Shown here: piece after piece, positions 49,978-59,177 of the stretch
Numbering within the stretch: the stretch's first letter is position 1
How the letters are laid out: each line of letters starts with the position of its first letter
DNA from: an uncultured delta proteobacterium
Lineage (GTDB): Bacteria > Myxococcota > Myxococcia > Myxococcales > Myxococcaceae
NCBI GenBank assembly: GCA_963796055.1
Contig: CAWCKH010000004.1
Location: forward strand, 1,024,001 to 1,088,000
DNA length: 64,000 nt
Direction: 5' to 3'
The notes under the pieces: generated by a model
The model's database searches: none
Told to the model about the DNA's origin: nothing
What the model saw: the letters and a program-made list of their open reading frames with translations, nothing else
Translations under genes and position numbers: made by a program

Positions 49978-51948
49978 TCACTTCGGTGCGGCGGCGGTCC
50001 TCGGGGCCACCACCCTCACCACCGCGGTCGAGCCGGGGATGCGCTCGCCCTGCAGCGGCTCGACGCGGCCCCCGAGGCATTGACCGAGGAATGCCTCGGC
50101 GCGAGCGGTGAAGTCCATCGCGTTCTCCGGCCGGGCGAAACCGTGACCCTCGTCCGGGTAGACGACGTACGTCACCCCGAGCCCGTGCTTCTCCAGCGCG
50201 GCGACGATCTGCTCCGACTCCGCCTGCTTCACCCGGGGGTCGTTCGCCCCCTGTCCGATGAGCAGCGGGACCTTGATCTTCTCCGCCGAGAAGAGCGGCG
50301 ACGCCGACTCGAGCAACTGCTTGTCCGCGGGGTCGTCGATGTTCCCGATGCGCCGGTCGAACATCGCCCGCATCGGCTTCCAGTATGGCGGGACGCTCCT
50401 CAGCAAGGTGAAGAGGTTCGATGGGCCCACGATGTCCACTCCGCATCGGAAGGCGTCGGGGCTGAACGCTGCGGCGGCCAGCGTGGCGTACCCGCCGTAG
50501 CTCCCTCCCATGATCGCCACCCGTCCCTTCTCGGCCACCCGCTCCTTCACCGCCCAGTCGACCGCGTCGAGCAGGTCGGTCTGCATGTCCTTGCCCCACC
50601 GCCTGTTCCCGGCGTTGAGGAACCTCCGCCCGTAGCCTGTGCTCCCGCGGTAGTTGACCTGCAGGACGGCGTACCCACGGTTCGCGAGCCACTGTCCGTA
50701 GGGAGAGAACTTCCAGTGGTCACGCCCCCATGGGCCGCCGTGGACGAAGAGGACCATTGGCCCGGCAGCGCTCGCACCGACCGGTCGGGTCAGGTAGCCA
50801 CGAAGCCTGAGCCCGTCGCGCGCGGGGAAGCTGACCGGCGTCATCTCTGCCAGCGGGGCCGACTCGAGCTTCGGCCGGTCGAGGAAGAGAAGCTTGCCCT
50901 GCAACGAGGCCCGGTCGAAGGAGAGGTAGCGGGTGGGCCCCTGCGGGTCCCGGAACGCGACCACCCAGCTCCGGTCCGCACGGTCGCGCGAGACGACCTC
51001 GGGAAAGCCGCGGGCCAGGTGCGGGAAGATATCGAAGTCCTTCTTCACCGTCGGGTCGAGCAAGGTCCAGGTCGGCAGCGCGGGCTCGAACACCACCCCT
51101 TCGACCACGTGACGGGTCGGGTGGACCGAGACCTCGGAGGGATCCACCTCGGGGTGCGAGGCAAGTACCTTCTCCGGACCACCGGACAGCGCGCGCTGGA
51201 CCACCCGTCCGGTCTCGCCGCCCGCGCTGGTCACGTACAGCACACCCTTGCCGTCCGCGGTCAGATCGAGCAGCTCCACATGTTCGTCCGGGCCCACGCG
51301 GGTGAGGGTGCGCCAGGACGCCTTCGTCGAGTCCCGCGCGAGGATCTCCTCCCCGCCATCGGCGCGGGTCGCAGCGGCGGCCTTCACCACCAGGTCGTCT
51401 GTGGCCGCCCACTGGGTGACGGTTCCCGGGTTCCTGGTGTCGAGCATCACCCCGCCGGTCCGCAGGTCCACCCGGTACACGTCGAGGCGCGCGCGGTCCG
51501 CGAGGTTCAGGGCCACCAGGACCTCCGAGGGACGGCGCGGGCTGTCGGCGACCAGCTCGGCGTGCACCCCGTCGAAGGGCGTGAGGTCGCGGACCTGCCT
51601 CGACTCGAGGTCGACCTTGTAGACGTGCCAGTCCTCGTTGCCCTTCACGTCCTGGATGTAGAGGATGGTCCGAGAGTCCTGACCCCAGAGGAATCGGCGG
51701 ATCGGCCGCTCCCGGTCGGCGCTCACCGGGGTGGCATCGTCCTTCCCGAGCGTCTGCACCCAGACCTGGAGGACGCCCTTGTCCGGCTGGAGCCAGCCGA
51801 GCCGCTTCCCGTCGGGGGAGAGGGCCGGGCTGGTCCGCTCGGGGTTTCCGAACAGCACCTCGCGGGGGATGAGCGGCGTCTCGGCGCGGGAGGCCAGCGC
51901 CGCGAGGAGGACGGAGAGAGCGAGCCGACGCACGGGGGTCCGGGCCAT
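49978..51948 (-). CDS. S9 family (acylaminoacyl/dipeptidyl) peptidase, exported
   Basis: HGGPW, NYRGSTGYG, GGSYGGY, NDPRV and DEGHGF motifs. Confidence 0.93.
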   Translation of the reverse strand: MARTPVRRLALSVLLAALASRAETPLIPREVLFGNPERTSPALSPDGKRLGWLQPDKGVLQVWVQTLGKDDATPVSADRERPIRRFLWGQDSRTILYIQDVKGNEDWHVYKVDLESRQVRDLTPFDGVHAELVADSPRRPSEVLVALNLADRARLDVYRVDLRTGGVMLDTRNPGTVTQWAATDDLVVKAAAATRADGGEEILARDSTKASWRTLTRVGPDEHVELLDLTADGKGVLYVTSAGGETGRVVQRALSGGPEKVLASHPEVDPSEVSVHPTRHVVEGVVFEPALPTWTLLDPTVKKDFDIFPHLARGFPEVVSRDRADRSWVVAFRDPQGPTRYLSFDRASLQGKLLFLDRPKLESAPLAEMTPVSFPARDGLRLRGYLTRPVGASAAGPMVLFVHGGPWGRDHWKFSPYGQWLANRGYAVLQVNYRGSTGYGRRFLNAGNRRWGKDMQTDLLDAVDWAVKERVAEKGRVAIMGGSYGGYATLAAAAFSPDAFRCGVDIVGPSNLFTLLRSVPPYWKPMRAMFDRRIGNIDDPADKQLLESASPLFSAEKIKVPLLIGQGANDPRVKQAESEQIVAALEKHGLGVTYVVYPDEGHGFARPENAMDFTARAEAFLGQCLGGRVEPLQGERIPGSTAVVRVVAPRTAAAPK

Positions 51949-52021
51949 GGAGCCCCGCGTTCTAGCGCAAGAGCCGCCACTGGCGCGGTCCGCCGGTTCG
52001 TGGCAAGGCGTCGGGCAGCGC

Positions 52022-53509
52022 GTGCGCTCCGAAGCCCTCCGATGGTGGCCGGCGTGGCTCCTCGTCGCTGGGGGCCTGCTCGCGCTCGGCACCCGGTTCG
52101 TGGACCGGGACCTGGTCTCCTACGTCCTCGACGAGCCGCAGCTGCAGGACGCCGCGGTGCGGGACGCCCGGACCGGGCACTGGGCGTCCATCTCGGTGCT
52201 CCGGGGAACGCGCGGCGTGCGCTATGGACCTGCGCCGCTCTGGTTCTACACCGCGGTGCACCGGGTGGCGGGTCCGCGCCCGGAGGTCGGCATCCTCGCC
52301 GCGGGCCTCTTCCTCACCGGGGCGACGCTCGTGCTGGCGTGGGTGCTCGCCCGCCGGTCGCAGGCCCCCCCGCTGGTCCTCGCGGTGGCGCTGTGGCTCG
52401 CTGCGGCCTCGCCGTTCGCATTCCTGTGGAGCCGGCAGGGCTGGGACAACCCGCTGCTCGCCGGGTTCGTCGCGCTCACCGTGGCGGTTCTGGCGCGGAA
52501 CGGGCCGGTCCGGGCAGGGACGGCGGCGCTGGCCGGCGTGCTCGTCGGGCTCTCGCTGGGGACCCATCTCATGGCGGTGCCGCTGGCGATCGCGGTGGGG
52601 CTGGTCGTCCTCGGCGAGCGACGCGGCTGGCGAGACCGGCTCGTCCCGCTCGGGACGATGGTGCTGGTCGCCGGGGTGGTGCTGCTTCCCTATGCGCGGG
52701 CCCTCCTCCACGAGGCCGCCGCGCCGGCGCCCGTTGCCGCGGTCGGCCTCGGGGCGCGCCTGGAACGGGCGCTCGAGGCGCTGGTGACCCCCGCCGCACA
52801 CACCGCCGGCCTCGGGCTCGCCTACTTCTTCGACGCGGACTGGACCCGGTTCACCTCCGAGCGGTGGGCAGCCGCGGCCCTTCCGCTCATCGGTCCCGTC
52901 GTCGCGGTGGTGGTTGGCCTGGGCACTCTTCTCGGCCTGGTCCTCGGGCTGCGCGCGGCGTCGCCCGGCCTCCGGCGCGTGGCGCGGCTCGGCCTCTGGA
53001 CCTGGGGGCTGCACGCCGCGTTCCTGGGTCTGCTCGCGCTTCCTCCCGAGCCGCACTACCAGCAGCCGGTGCTGTGGGTGCCGGTGGCCGGATGGGCGCT
53101 TGCGGTGGCGACGCTCTGGCCGCGGCGCCCCCGGGCAGCCCTGGCACTCGCCGGTCTCGCCCTCGGCGTGGGCCTCTGGGGGCTCACGCTCCAGCGGACC
53201 TGGATGGGCTGGATCCGCGAGCAGGGGGGGACCCGCGGCATCCACTACGGGTTGACGCTCGGAGCCCAGCGGGCCGCCCTGGCCGAGGCCTGCAGGGCAT
53301 CGACGCCGGGCATCGCGCTCGAGCTCCAGATCCTCGCCTTTCCCGAGAGCTTCCGTTCCCTGGCGCGCACCGAGCCGGCCTGTCTCCGCCACCGGGTGGA
53401 GGTCTGTGGCGCGGTCTGCGCGGGCCTCGCCCCCGGATGGAGCATCGCCACCCTGCAGTATGTCGGCCCTGGCGCACGGCTCGCCCCGGTGCAGCTCCGG
53501 AGCCGCTGA
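52022..53509 (+). CDS. GT-C fold (ArnT/PMT-like) membrane glycosyltransferase-like protein
   Basis: DEP after TM1, YGPAPLWFY, WSRQGWDN and TH motifs; about 11 TM helices; start uncertain (51947 or 52022). Confidence 0.6.
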   Translation: MRSEALRWWPAWLLVAGGLLALGTRFVDRDLVSYVLDEPQLQDAAVRDARTGHWASISVLRGTRGVRYGPAPLWFYTAVHRVAGPRPEVGILAAGLFLTGATLVLAWVLARRSQAPPLVLAVALWLAAASPFAFLWSRQGWDNPLLAGFVALTVAVLARNGPVRAGTAALAGVLVGLSLGTHLMAVPLAIAVGLVVLGERRGWRDRLVPLGTMVLVAGVVLLPYARALLHEAAAPAPVAAVGLGARLERALEALVTPAAHTAGLGLAYFFDADWTRFTSERWAAAALPLIGPVVAVVVGLGTLLGLVLGLRAASPGLRRVARLGLWTWGLHAAFLGLLALPPEPHYQQPVLWVPVAGWALAVATLWPRRPRAALALAGLALGVGLWGLTLQRTWMGWIREQGGTRGIHYGLTLGAQRAALAEACRASTPGIALELQILAFPESFRSLARTEPACLRHRVEVCGAVCAGLAPGWSIATLQYVGPGARLAPVQLRSR

Positions 53510-53534
53510 TGGAGGAATCCCATGAGAGTGACGC

Positions 53535-54101
53535 ATGGCCGGTAAGCCGCGGTGCGGCTGGGTGACGGACGAGCCGCTCTACATCCGATACCACGACGAG
53601 GAGTGGGGGCGGCCGGTCCACGACGACCGGACGCTCTTCGAGTTCCTGGTGCTCGAGGGTGCGCAGGCCGGACTGTCGTGGTCGACGATTCTCCGGAAGC
53701 GCGAAGGCTACCGGCGGGCGTTCGCCGGGTTCGACCCGGAGCGGGTGGCGCGCTTCCGCCCGGCGCGCATCGAGGCGCTGCTCCAGGATCCCGGCATCGT
53801 GCGCAACCGGGCCAAGGTGACGTCCGCGGTGGAGAACGCGCGGGCGTTCCTGGAGGTACAGCGAGAGCGTGGCTCCTTCGAGGCGTTCGCCTGGAGCTTC
53901 GTGGGGGGCAAGCCCATCCGCCGCCGGCCCAGAACGCTGAAGCAGGTGCCCGCGACGACCCCCGAGTCCGACACCCTCAGCAAGGCGCTCCGAGCGCGAG
54001 GCTTCCGCTTCGTCGGTTCCACCATCTGCTACGCGTTCATGCAGGCGTGCGGGCTGGTGGATGACCACGTCCAGGGATGCTTCCTGGCCGCGAGGCGCTG
54101 A
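53535..54101 (+). CDS. tag: DNA-3-methyladenine glycosylase I
   Basis: RCGW...YHDEEWG, LEGAQAGLSW, IVRNRAK and MQACGLVDDH..C motifs. Confidence 0.95.
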   Translation: MAGKPRCGWVTDEPLYIRYHDEEWGRPVHDDRTLFEFLVLEGAQAGLSWSTILRKREGYRRAFAGFDPERVARFRPARIEALLQDPGIVRNRAKVTSAVENARAFLEVQRERGSFEAFAWSFVGGKPIRRRPRTLKQVPATTPESDTLSKALRARGFRFVGSTICYAFMQACGLVDDHVQGCFLAARR

Positions 54102-54143
54102 GCCCCGGTGCCCGCCCGCCCCTGGAGCGGACGATTCCCCCGG

Positions 54144-55172
54144 TCAGCGCCGGGCGAGCTGGGCCAGGAACTCCACCGCCTGCGCCTCGGCCCAGAAGCG
54201 CGGGCGCACAAGGCTGCCGGCGAGAAAGCCCACGTGCCCGCCCCGGGCCGTGCGGAGGAGCTGGAGGTGCGGATTCTGGATGGACGCCGGCAACGTCTCC
54301 CGCGGAATCATCGGATCGTCCTCGGCGCTGATGCAGAGCACCGGCCGGCGGATGGATTCCAGGAGGGGGCCGGAGGAGGCGCGCGCGTAGTAGTCGTCCG
54401 CGTCGCGGTACCCGTTGCTCGGCGCAGTGAAGGCATCGTCGAAGGCGTGAAAGGTCCGGGCGCGGCGGACACCCTCCGGCGAGAGGCCGGAGGCCGGGTG
54501 CTCGCGAAGCTTGCCCAGGGCCTTGCTCCGCAGGGTCCTCAGGAAGAAGCGGCGGTAGATGGCTCCGCCACTCCAGGGCGCGTCGAGCGCGCGGGCGCAG
54601 GCGGCGAGGTCGAAGGGCGTGCTCACCGCCACCGCGGCGTCGATGGGCGCGTCGGTCCCGGACTCGGCAAGGAGCTTGAGGAGCGCGTTGGCCCCCAGCG
54701 AGTAGCCGATCGCGAACAGCGGCCCCCGGACCCCGGCGTCGTGGATGCGCCTGGCGACCAGGCGCGGATCCTCGGTCTCGCCCGAGCAGTAGGACCGGAG
54801 CGCGCGGTTGGGCTCCCCGCTGCAGCCCCGCCAGGCCATCGCCACCGCGCCCCAGCCCCGACAGGCGATCTCGTTGAGCGTCGCGCGCACGTAGCCGGAG
54901 CCCGGTGTGCCCTCGAGGCCGTGCAGGACCAGCACGTGGGGGACCTCCGGCGGAGCGTCGAGCCAATCGAGGTCCAGAAAGTCTCCGTCGTGCGTGTCCA
55001 CGCGCTCGCGCCGCAGCGGTGGAGGACGGGGCCGGCGGATGAGATGGGCGAGCAACGTCTGTCGCTGTGGTCCGGCGGCACCCCACGCGGGCCGGAAGGG
55101 GTCGGTGGGGGTGAACGGCGCCTCCGCGCGCCGGGCCTCGGTGCCCGGAGCGGACGGAGTCTGCCCGGTCAT
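54144..55172 (-). CDS. YheT-family alpha/beta hydrolase
   Basis: DGDFLDLDW, HGLEG, GYSLG, DDP and GGHVGF motifs. Confidence 0.9.
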   Translation of the reverse strand: MTGQTPSAPGTEARRAEAPFTPTDPFRPAWGAAGPQRQTLLAHLIRRPRPPPLRRERVDTHDGDFLDLDWLDAPPEVPHVLVLHGLEGTPGSGYVRATLNEIACRGWGAVAMAWRGCSGEPNRALRSYCSGETEDPRLVARRIHDAGVRGPLFAIGYSLGANALLKLLAESGTDAPIDAAVAVSTPFDLAACARALDAPWSGGAIYRRFFLRTLRSKALGKLREHPASGLSPEGVRRARTFHAFDDAFTAPSNGYRDADDYYARASSGPLLESIRRPVLCISAEDDPMIPRETLPASIQNPHLQLLRTARGGHVGFLAGSLVRPRFWAEAQAVEFLAQLARR

Positions 55173-56077
55173 CAGCTGCGCTCCGGCACCCGGGCGTCGG
55201 GCTGGCGGGCCTCGGGCGGGGACACCGCCCCGGCGTCGACCGCCTGCACCGACTCGAGCGCCTCCGCCACCGCGGACACCTCGCTGGAGAGCGTGTCCAG
55301 GCTCTGCCGGAGCCGGTCGGCCGCCGCCTTCTCCTGTCCGGCCTCGGCGTTGGAGCGGACGGCCAGCACCTGGGTATGCAGCCCCTCGAGCGTGTACAGC
55401 AGCCGGGTGCGCTCGGCCTCCAGGCGGGAGGCCGCGGTGAGCAGAGAAGCGCGCTGGCTCCGCTGCTGGTCGAGCGCCTCCAGGGCCTGGCCGAGCCGCT
55501 GCCGGGTCACCGCGTCCTGCTCCGAGGCCAGCCGCTGCTGCAGCGAGTCGCGCTCGGACTGGAGGCGTGCGTCGTCCTCGGGCCGAGCCAGCGCGCGGAT
55601 CTCGCGCTCCCGCCGCTCGAGCGCGTGGACTCCATCCCGCAGCGCCTGGACCGTCTCCTCGGGACGCTGGACGATTTCCCGGAGAACCGGGGGAGCGCTC
55701 TGGATGTCAGCGAGGAGCTGGTCGCAGAGGGCGTCCACCCGGGCGAGCCGGGCGTCCACGCCGGTGTCGTCGCGCACGGCCTCGCCTTCCACTTCGGGCC
55801 CGCGGCGGCCGATGAGCCGTCGGCTCCCCTCGAAGATCATCCACAGGGCGATGAACAGCAGCCAGAACGGGGCACCATCGACGACGAGGATGGTGAGCGC
55901 AGCGGCGCCGGCGAGCAGGAATGCCCCGCTCCGTGGGCTCCGGCGCCGGGCCCCGCGGCGGGCGGCACGGCGTTCGCGGCGCTCCTGACGCCGGGCGGCG
56001 CGGCGCGCACGACGGTCGTCCTCCACCGCCAGCGCCCGCTGCATCCGTCGTACGTCCGCCTCGAACCGGTCGCTCAC
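55172..56077 (-). CDS. Membrane-anchored coiled-coil hypothetical protein
   Basis: Two TM helices followed by a long heptad region. Confidence 0.7.
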   Translation of the reverse strand: MSDRFEADVRRMQRALAVEDDRRARRAARRQERRERRAARRGARRRSPRSGAFLLAGAAALTILVVDGAPFWLLFIALWMIFEGSRRLIGRRGPEVEGEAVRDDTGVDARLARVDALCDQLLADIQSAPPVLREIVQRPEETVQALRDGVHALERREREIRALARPEDDARLQSERDSLQQRLASEQDAVTRQRLGQALEALDQQRSQRASLLTAASRLEAERTRLLYTLEGLHTQVLAVRSNAEAGQEKAAADRLRQSLDTLSSEVSAVAEALESVQAVDAGAVSPPEARQPDARVPERS

Positions 56078-56156
56078 GTCTGTCCTCGCCCCGTGGGCGA
56101 CCGAATCTGCCGGTCCGGCGGCCGCGGCGCCAGCCTTCCTTCGAGGGGTCGGTCAC

Positions 56157-56173
56157 GAGGTGTCTGGCACCCC
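56157..56173. repeat. REP-like palindrome GAGGTGTCTGGCACCCC
   Basis: Same family as 7391-7668; intergenic. Confidence 0.75.
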
Positions 56174-56202
56174 GGGGGCCGCACCCCGGGGGCCGGGCTC
56201 CC

Positions 56203-57264
56203 TCAGTGCGCGTGGCGGTGATGCGCGTCGGACACGTGCGCGTGGGCGTGCGTCAGCGGCGCGTGACGATGGGGATGCGCGTGCGGCGTGGTGGGGTCCA
56301 CGCCGTCCGGATGTGGATGCTGGTGGTGCGCGTCGTGCACGTGCCGGTGGCTGTGCTCCAGCACCTCGTGGGTGTGCTCGTGCCCGTGCCGCTCGCGGAC
56401 GAGGATCGCCACTCCCACCACCATCGCCGCGCCCGCCGCCAGCTGCAGGGCACCCAGCCGCTCGCCCAGCACCGGCACCGAGAGCAGCGCCCCGGCGAAG
56501 GGCGCGGTGGCGAAGAACGCCGCCTCCCGGGCCGCCCCGAGCAGCCGCAGCGCGAACGCATCGAGCAGCACGCTCGCCCCGTACGCCAGCGCTCCGAGCG
56601 CCAGCGTCGAGACGGCCACCCGCCCGCCGGGGAGCCGCTCGCCGAGGAGCAGCGCCAGCGAGACCATCCCGGTGCCCGCGCCCAGCGTCTTGGCGATGAC
56701 CAGCTGCCACGGATCCTTGCCCGCCAACCCCTGGGTCAGGTTGTTGTCCAGGGCCCAGGCGCCACACGCCGTGGCGAGCAGGAGCACGCCCGAGAGACGG
56801 GTCGATTCCGCGCCCCCGCCGGGGAGGGCGAGAAGGCACGCACCGCCGAACACCAGCGCCGCGCCGAGCGCCGAGCGCCGACCGAGGTGCTCGCCAAAGA
56901 GCGTGAGCGCCACCAGCACGGTGAGCGGCCCCTCGAGGTTGAGCAGCAACGCCCCGCTCACGCCCGAGACGCTCCGCAGCCCGTGCACCAGCGCGAGCGG
57001 GCCGACGACGCCGCCCAGCAGCACGATGGCCAGCACCCGGGGGAGGTCTGCCCGCCCCAGGCTCGCCTCCACGATGCGGCGCCGCGCCAGGAGCTTCACC
57101 GTGCCGACCGCCAGCCCCCCGCCGAGGTAGAGCAGGCCCGCGAGCAGCAGCGGCGGGACCTCGGGAAGGAGCCGCTTGGTGATGGGAACGCTCGCCCCGA
57201 ACAGCACCGCGGAGGCGAGCCCCGAGGCAGCACCGAGGAAGAACGGACGCGCGGTCTCGGCCAT
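56203..57264 (-). CDS. DMT/EamA transporter with His-rich C-terminal tail
   Basis: LLAGLLYLGGG, LLLNLEG, WALDNNLT and LGAAREAAFFATAPF motifs; HxH-rich tail. Confidence 0.88.
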   Translation of the reverse strand: MAETARPFFLGAASGLASAVLFGASVPITKRLLPEVPPLLLAGLLYLGGGLAVGTVKLLARRRIVEASLGRADLPRVLAIVLLGGVVGPLALVHGLRSVSGVSGALLLNLEGPLTVLVALTLFGEHLGRRSALGAALVFGGACLLALPGGGAESTRLSGVLLLATACGAWALDNNLTQGLAGKDPWQLVIAKTLGAGTGMVSLALLLGERLPGGRVAVSTLALGALAYGASVLLDAFALRLLGAAREAAFFATAPFAGALLSVPVLGERLGALQLAAGAAMVVGVAILVRERHGHEHTHEVLEHSHRHVHDAHHQHPHPDGVDPTTPHAHPHRHAPLTHAHAHVSDAHHRHAH

Positions 57265-57295
57265 GGTCCTGTCGGCGCAGCCTACCCTCCGGAGG

Positions 57296-57928
57296 TTAGG
57301 GGCGCCGCAGCCTCCGCGGCCGGCCCAGCCGGATCCCCTCGGCGCGTCTCGGCCGAGGCACCGCCGGCCCAATCGGGTCCGGGCACACCGACCTCAGCCG
57401 GCACCGGCCGCACTCCGCGCCCGACCACACCGACTCGAAGAGCGCGGTGACCCGGTCCACCGTGTCGAAGTCCTCGGTCACCACGCCCAGCTCGAAGTTT
57501 CTCGTGTCGGGGTGCTTCGCTCCGAGCCCGGCACCGGTCAGGTTGGCGCTGCCGAGGTAGAGCCAGGCACCGTCTACCCGGACGCACTTGAAATGGACCC
57601 GGGGGCAGATCTTCAGCTGGAGCCCACCCTGGACCAGCGTCCGCGAGCGATCGAACGCGGCACGAAATGGTCGGCTCGGCAGCTCGGCATGCAGCAGCCG
57701 CAGCTCCACCCCGCGCCGGGCCAGCGTCCGGAACAGCGCCAGCACCGGGGCGAAACGCCCCCCCGGCTGCTGCTCCACCATCATCGCCTTGACATTGGCG
57801 GTGGCGATCCACACCGACTCGCGGGCCTCGGCCATCTTCTCCAGCACCACGGTGCGGTACAGGTCGGCTCCACTCAGGAGCTCGGCCACGATGGGTCGGG
57901 GCGGGGACGTGGTTGTCCTGGCTAGCAC
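57296..57928 (-). CDS. Single-HKD phospholipase D/nuclease-fold protein
   Basis: HFKCVRVD...GSANLTGAG...NFELG; C-terminal CGRCRLRSVC; start uncertain (57889 or 57928). Confidence 0.8.
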   Translation of the reverse strand: MLARTTTSPPRPIVAELLSGADLYRTVVLEKMAEARESVWIATANVKAMMVEQQPGGRFAPVLALFRTLARRGVELRLLHAELPSRPFRAAFDRSRTLVQGGLQLKICPRVHFKCVRVDGAWLYLGSANLTGAGLGAKHPDTRNFELGVVTEDFDTVDRVTALFESVWSGAECGRCRLRSVCPDPIGPAVPRPRRAEGIRLGRPRRLRRP

Positions 57929-57983
57929 GGGACCCTGATGCCCACGCGCCGGTCCCTCGAAAGGCGTACGCTCCGGGGCCGCC

Positions 57984-58640
57984 GTGGAGCTCACCGTGGT
58001 CCCCCACCCGCTGCTCGCGCTGCGCGCCTTCGTGACGCAGTTCCCCGCGCCGCTGGGAAAGCTGCCCCTCGACGTCTACCGCGACCTGCTCGCGCCCGGC
58101 GCGCGCGGGCCCGTCCAGGGGAGCGAGGAGGTGCGGACCGCCATCCGCGACCTGCTCCGGCACGGCGGGTACAAGCCCACCGGCCGGGGGAAACCGGCGT
58201 CGGAGTACCTGGTGCGCGCCGCCGGCGAAGGGAAGCTCACCCCCATCAACGCCGCGGTCGACGTGGGCAACGTGGTGGCGCTCCACTCGGGCATGCCGAT
58301 CAGCGTGGTGGACGTGGACCGGCTCCGTGCCCCCGTCCGGGTGGACGTCGCACCCGCCGGGACCCGCTATGTGTTCAACTCCTCGGGTCAGGAGATCGAC
58401 CTGGAGGGCCTCCTCTGCCTGTTCGACGCCGAGGGGCCGTGCGCCAATGCGGTGAAGGACTCGGCCCGCACCAAGACCTCCGACACCACGACCACCACCC
58501 TCACCCTGGTGTGGGGAGCGCTGGCCGCGGGAGACGTCGACCAGGCGGTGGGCTGGGCCTGGGAGCTGCTGGGCCGCGTGGGGGCGACGGTGGACCTGGT
58601 GGAACTCGCCACCACCCCGGGCGCTAGTACATCTCGCTGA
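57984..58640 (+). CDS. B3/B4 domain (PheT-editing-like) protein
   Basis: GYKPTGRGKPASEYL and INAAVD.GN..AL.SG.PISVVD motifs. Confidence 0.85.
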   Translation: MELTVVPHPLLALRAFVTQFPAPLGKLPLDVYRDLLAPGARGPVQGSEEVRTAIRDLLRHGGYKPTGRGKPASEYLVRAAGEGKLTPINAAVDVGNVVALHSGMPISVVDVDRLRAPVRVDVAPAGTRYVFNSSGQEIDLEGLLCLFDAEGPCANAVKDSARTKTSDTTTTTLTLVWGALAAGDVDQAVGWAWELLGRVGATVDLVELATTPGASTSR

Positions 58641-59067
58641 GCTCGACGGACCGCGTGTCCTTGAAGCGGTGCTCCAGCGCGCCGAGCACCGCGCGCGCCC
58701 GGGCCGCGACCCGGAACAGGGTCGCGTCCAGCACCTCGATGCGCATTGCCAGCTCTCCGGGCGCATCGCCCACCCTGGGAGCCCGCGCCCAGCCGTCGAG
58801 CCGGACGTCCACCGGAGTGCGGAGCACTGCGGCGAGCGCCTTCAGCTGCTCCCACGACAGCTCCAGACCGAACTTTCGGGAGGAGGCCTGCGACTCCAAA
58901 TCTTTGAGGCCCGCCGGCCACACCGCGCTCACCTCGTCGCGGGCCTCGATGTACCGGAGCGTCCAGATCAGCCGCGAGGCAGGAGGGTCCGCCAGGCGGA
59001 GGATCTCCTCCAGGCTGCCGGCCAGCTTGCCGTGCTCGTCAGTGTCGAAGATCTCGAGGGCGCGCAT
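58624..59067 (-). CDS. Hypothetical protein
   Basis: Plausible composition and codon use; no motif recognised. Confidence 0.6.
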   Translation of the reverse strand: MRALEIFDTDEHGKLAGSLEEILRLADPPASRLIWTLRYIEARDEVSAVWPAGLKDLESQASSRKFGLELSWEQLKALAAVLRTPVDVRLDGWARAPRVGDAPGELAMRIEVLDATLFRVAARARAVLGALEHRFKDTRSVELSEMY

Positions 59068-59177
59068 CCCGTGAAACACGAGAGGTTAGCCGGGAACCGG
59101 CGAGAGTCCGCGTCGGTGGAGCGCTGGACTGAACGCCCACCTGCGCCGCACACCTCGCACCTGCCCCGGCGTCCCAC

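Noticed and set aside
51945..51950. Two divergent genes sharing overlapping ATGs in CCATGG
   Set aside because: Leaves no room for promoters or RBSs; GTG 52022 is a more plausible start for the plus-strand gene.
50080..53565. Very long antisense or alternate-frame ORFs (also 21862-24813, 59226-62282, 36336-38621 and others)
   Set aside because: Shadow ORFs expected at this GC content; Arg/Gly/Pro-rich, motif-free and opposite well-supported genes.
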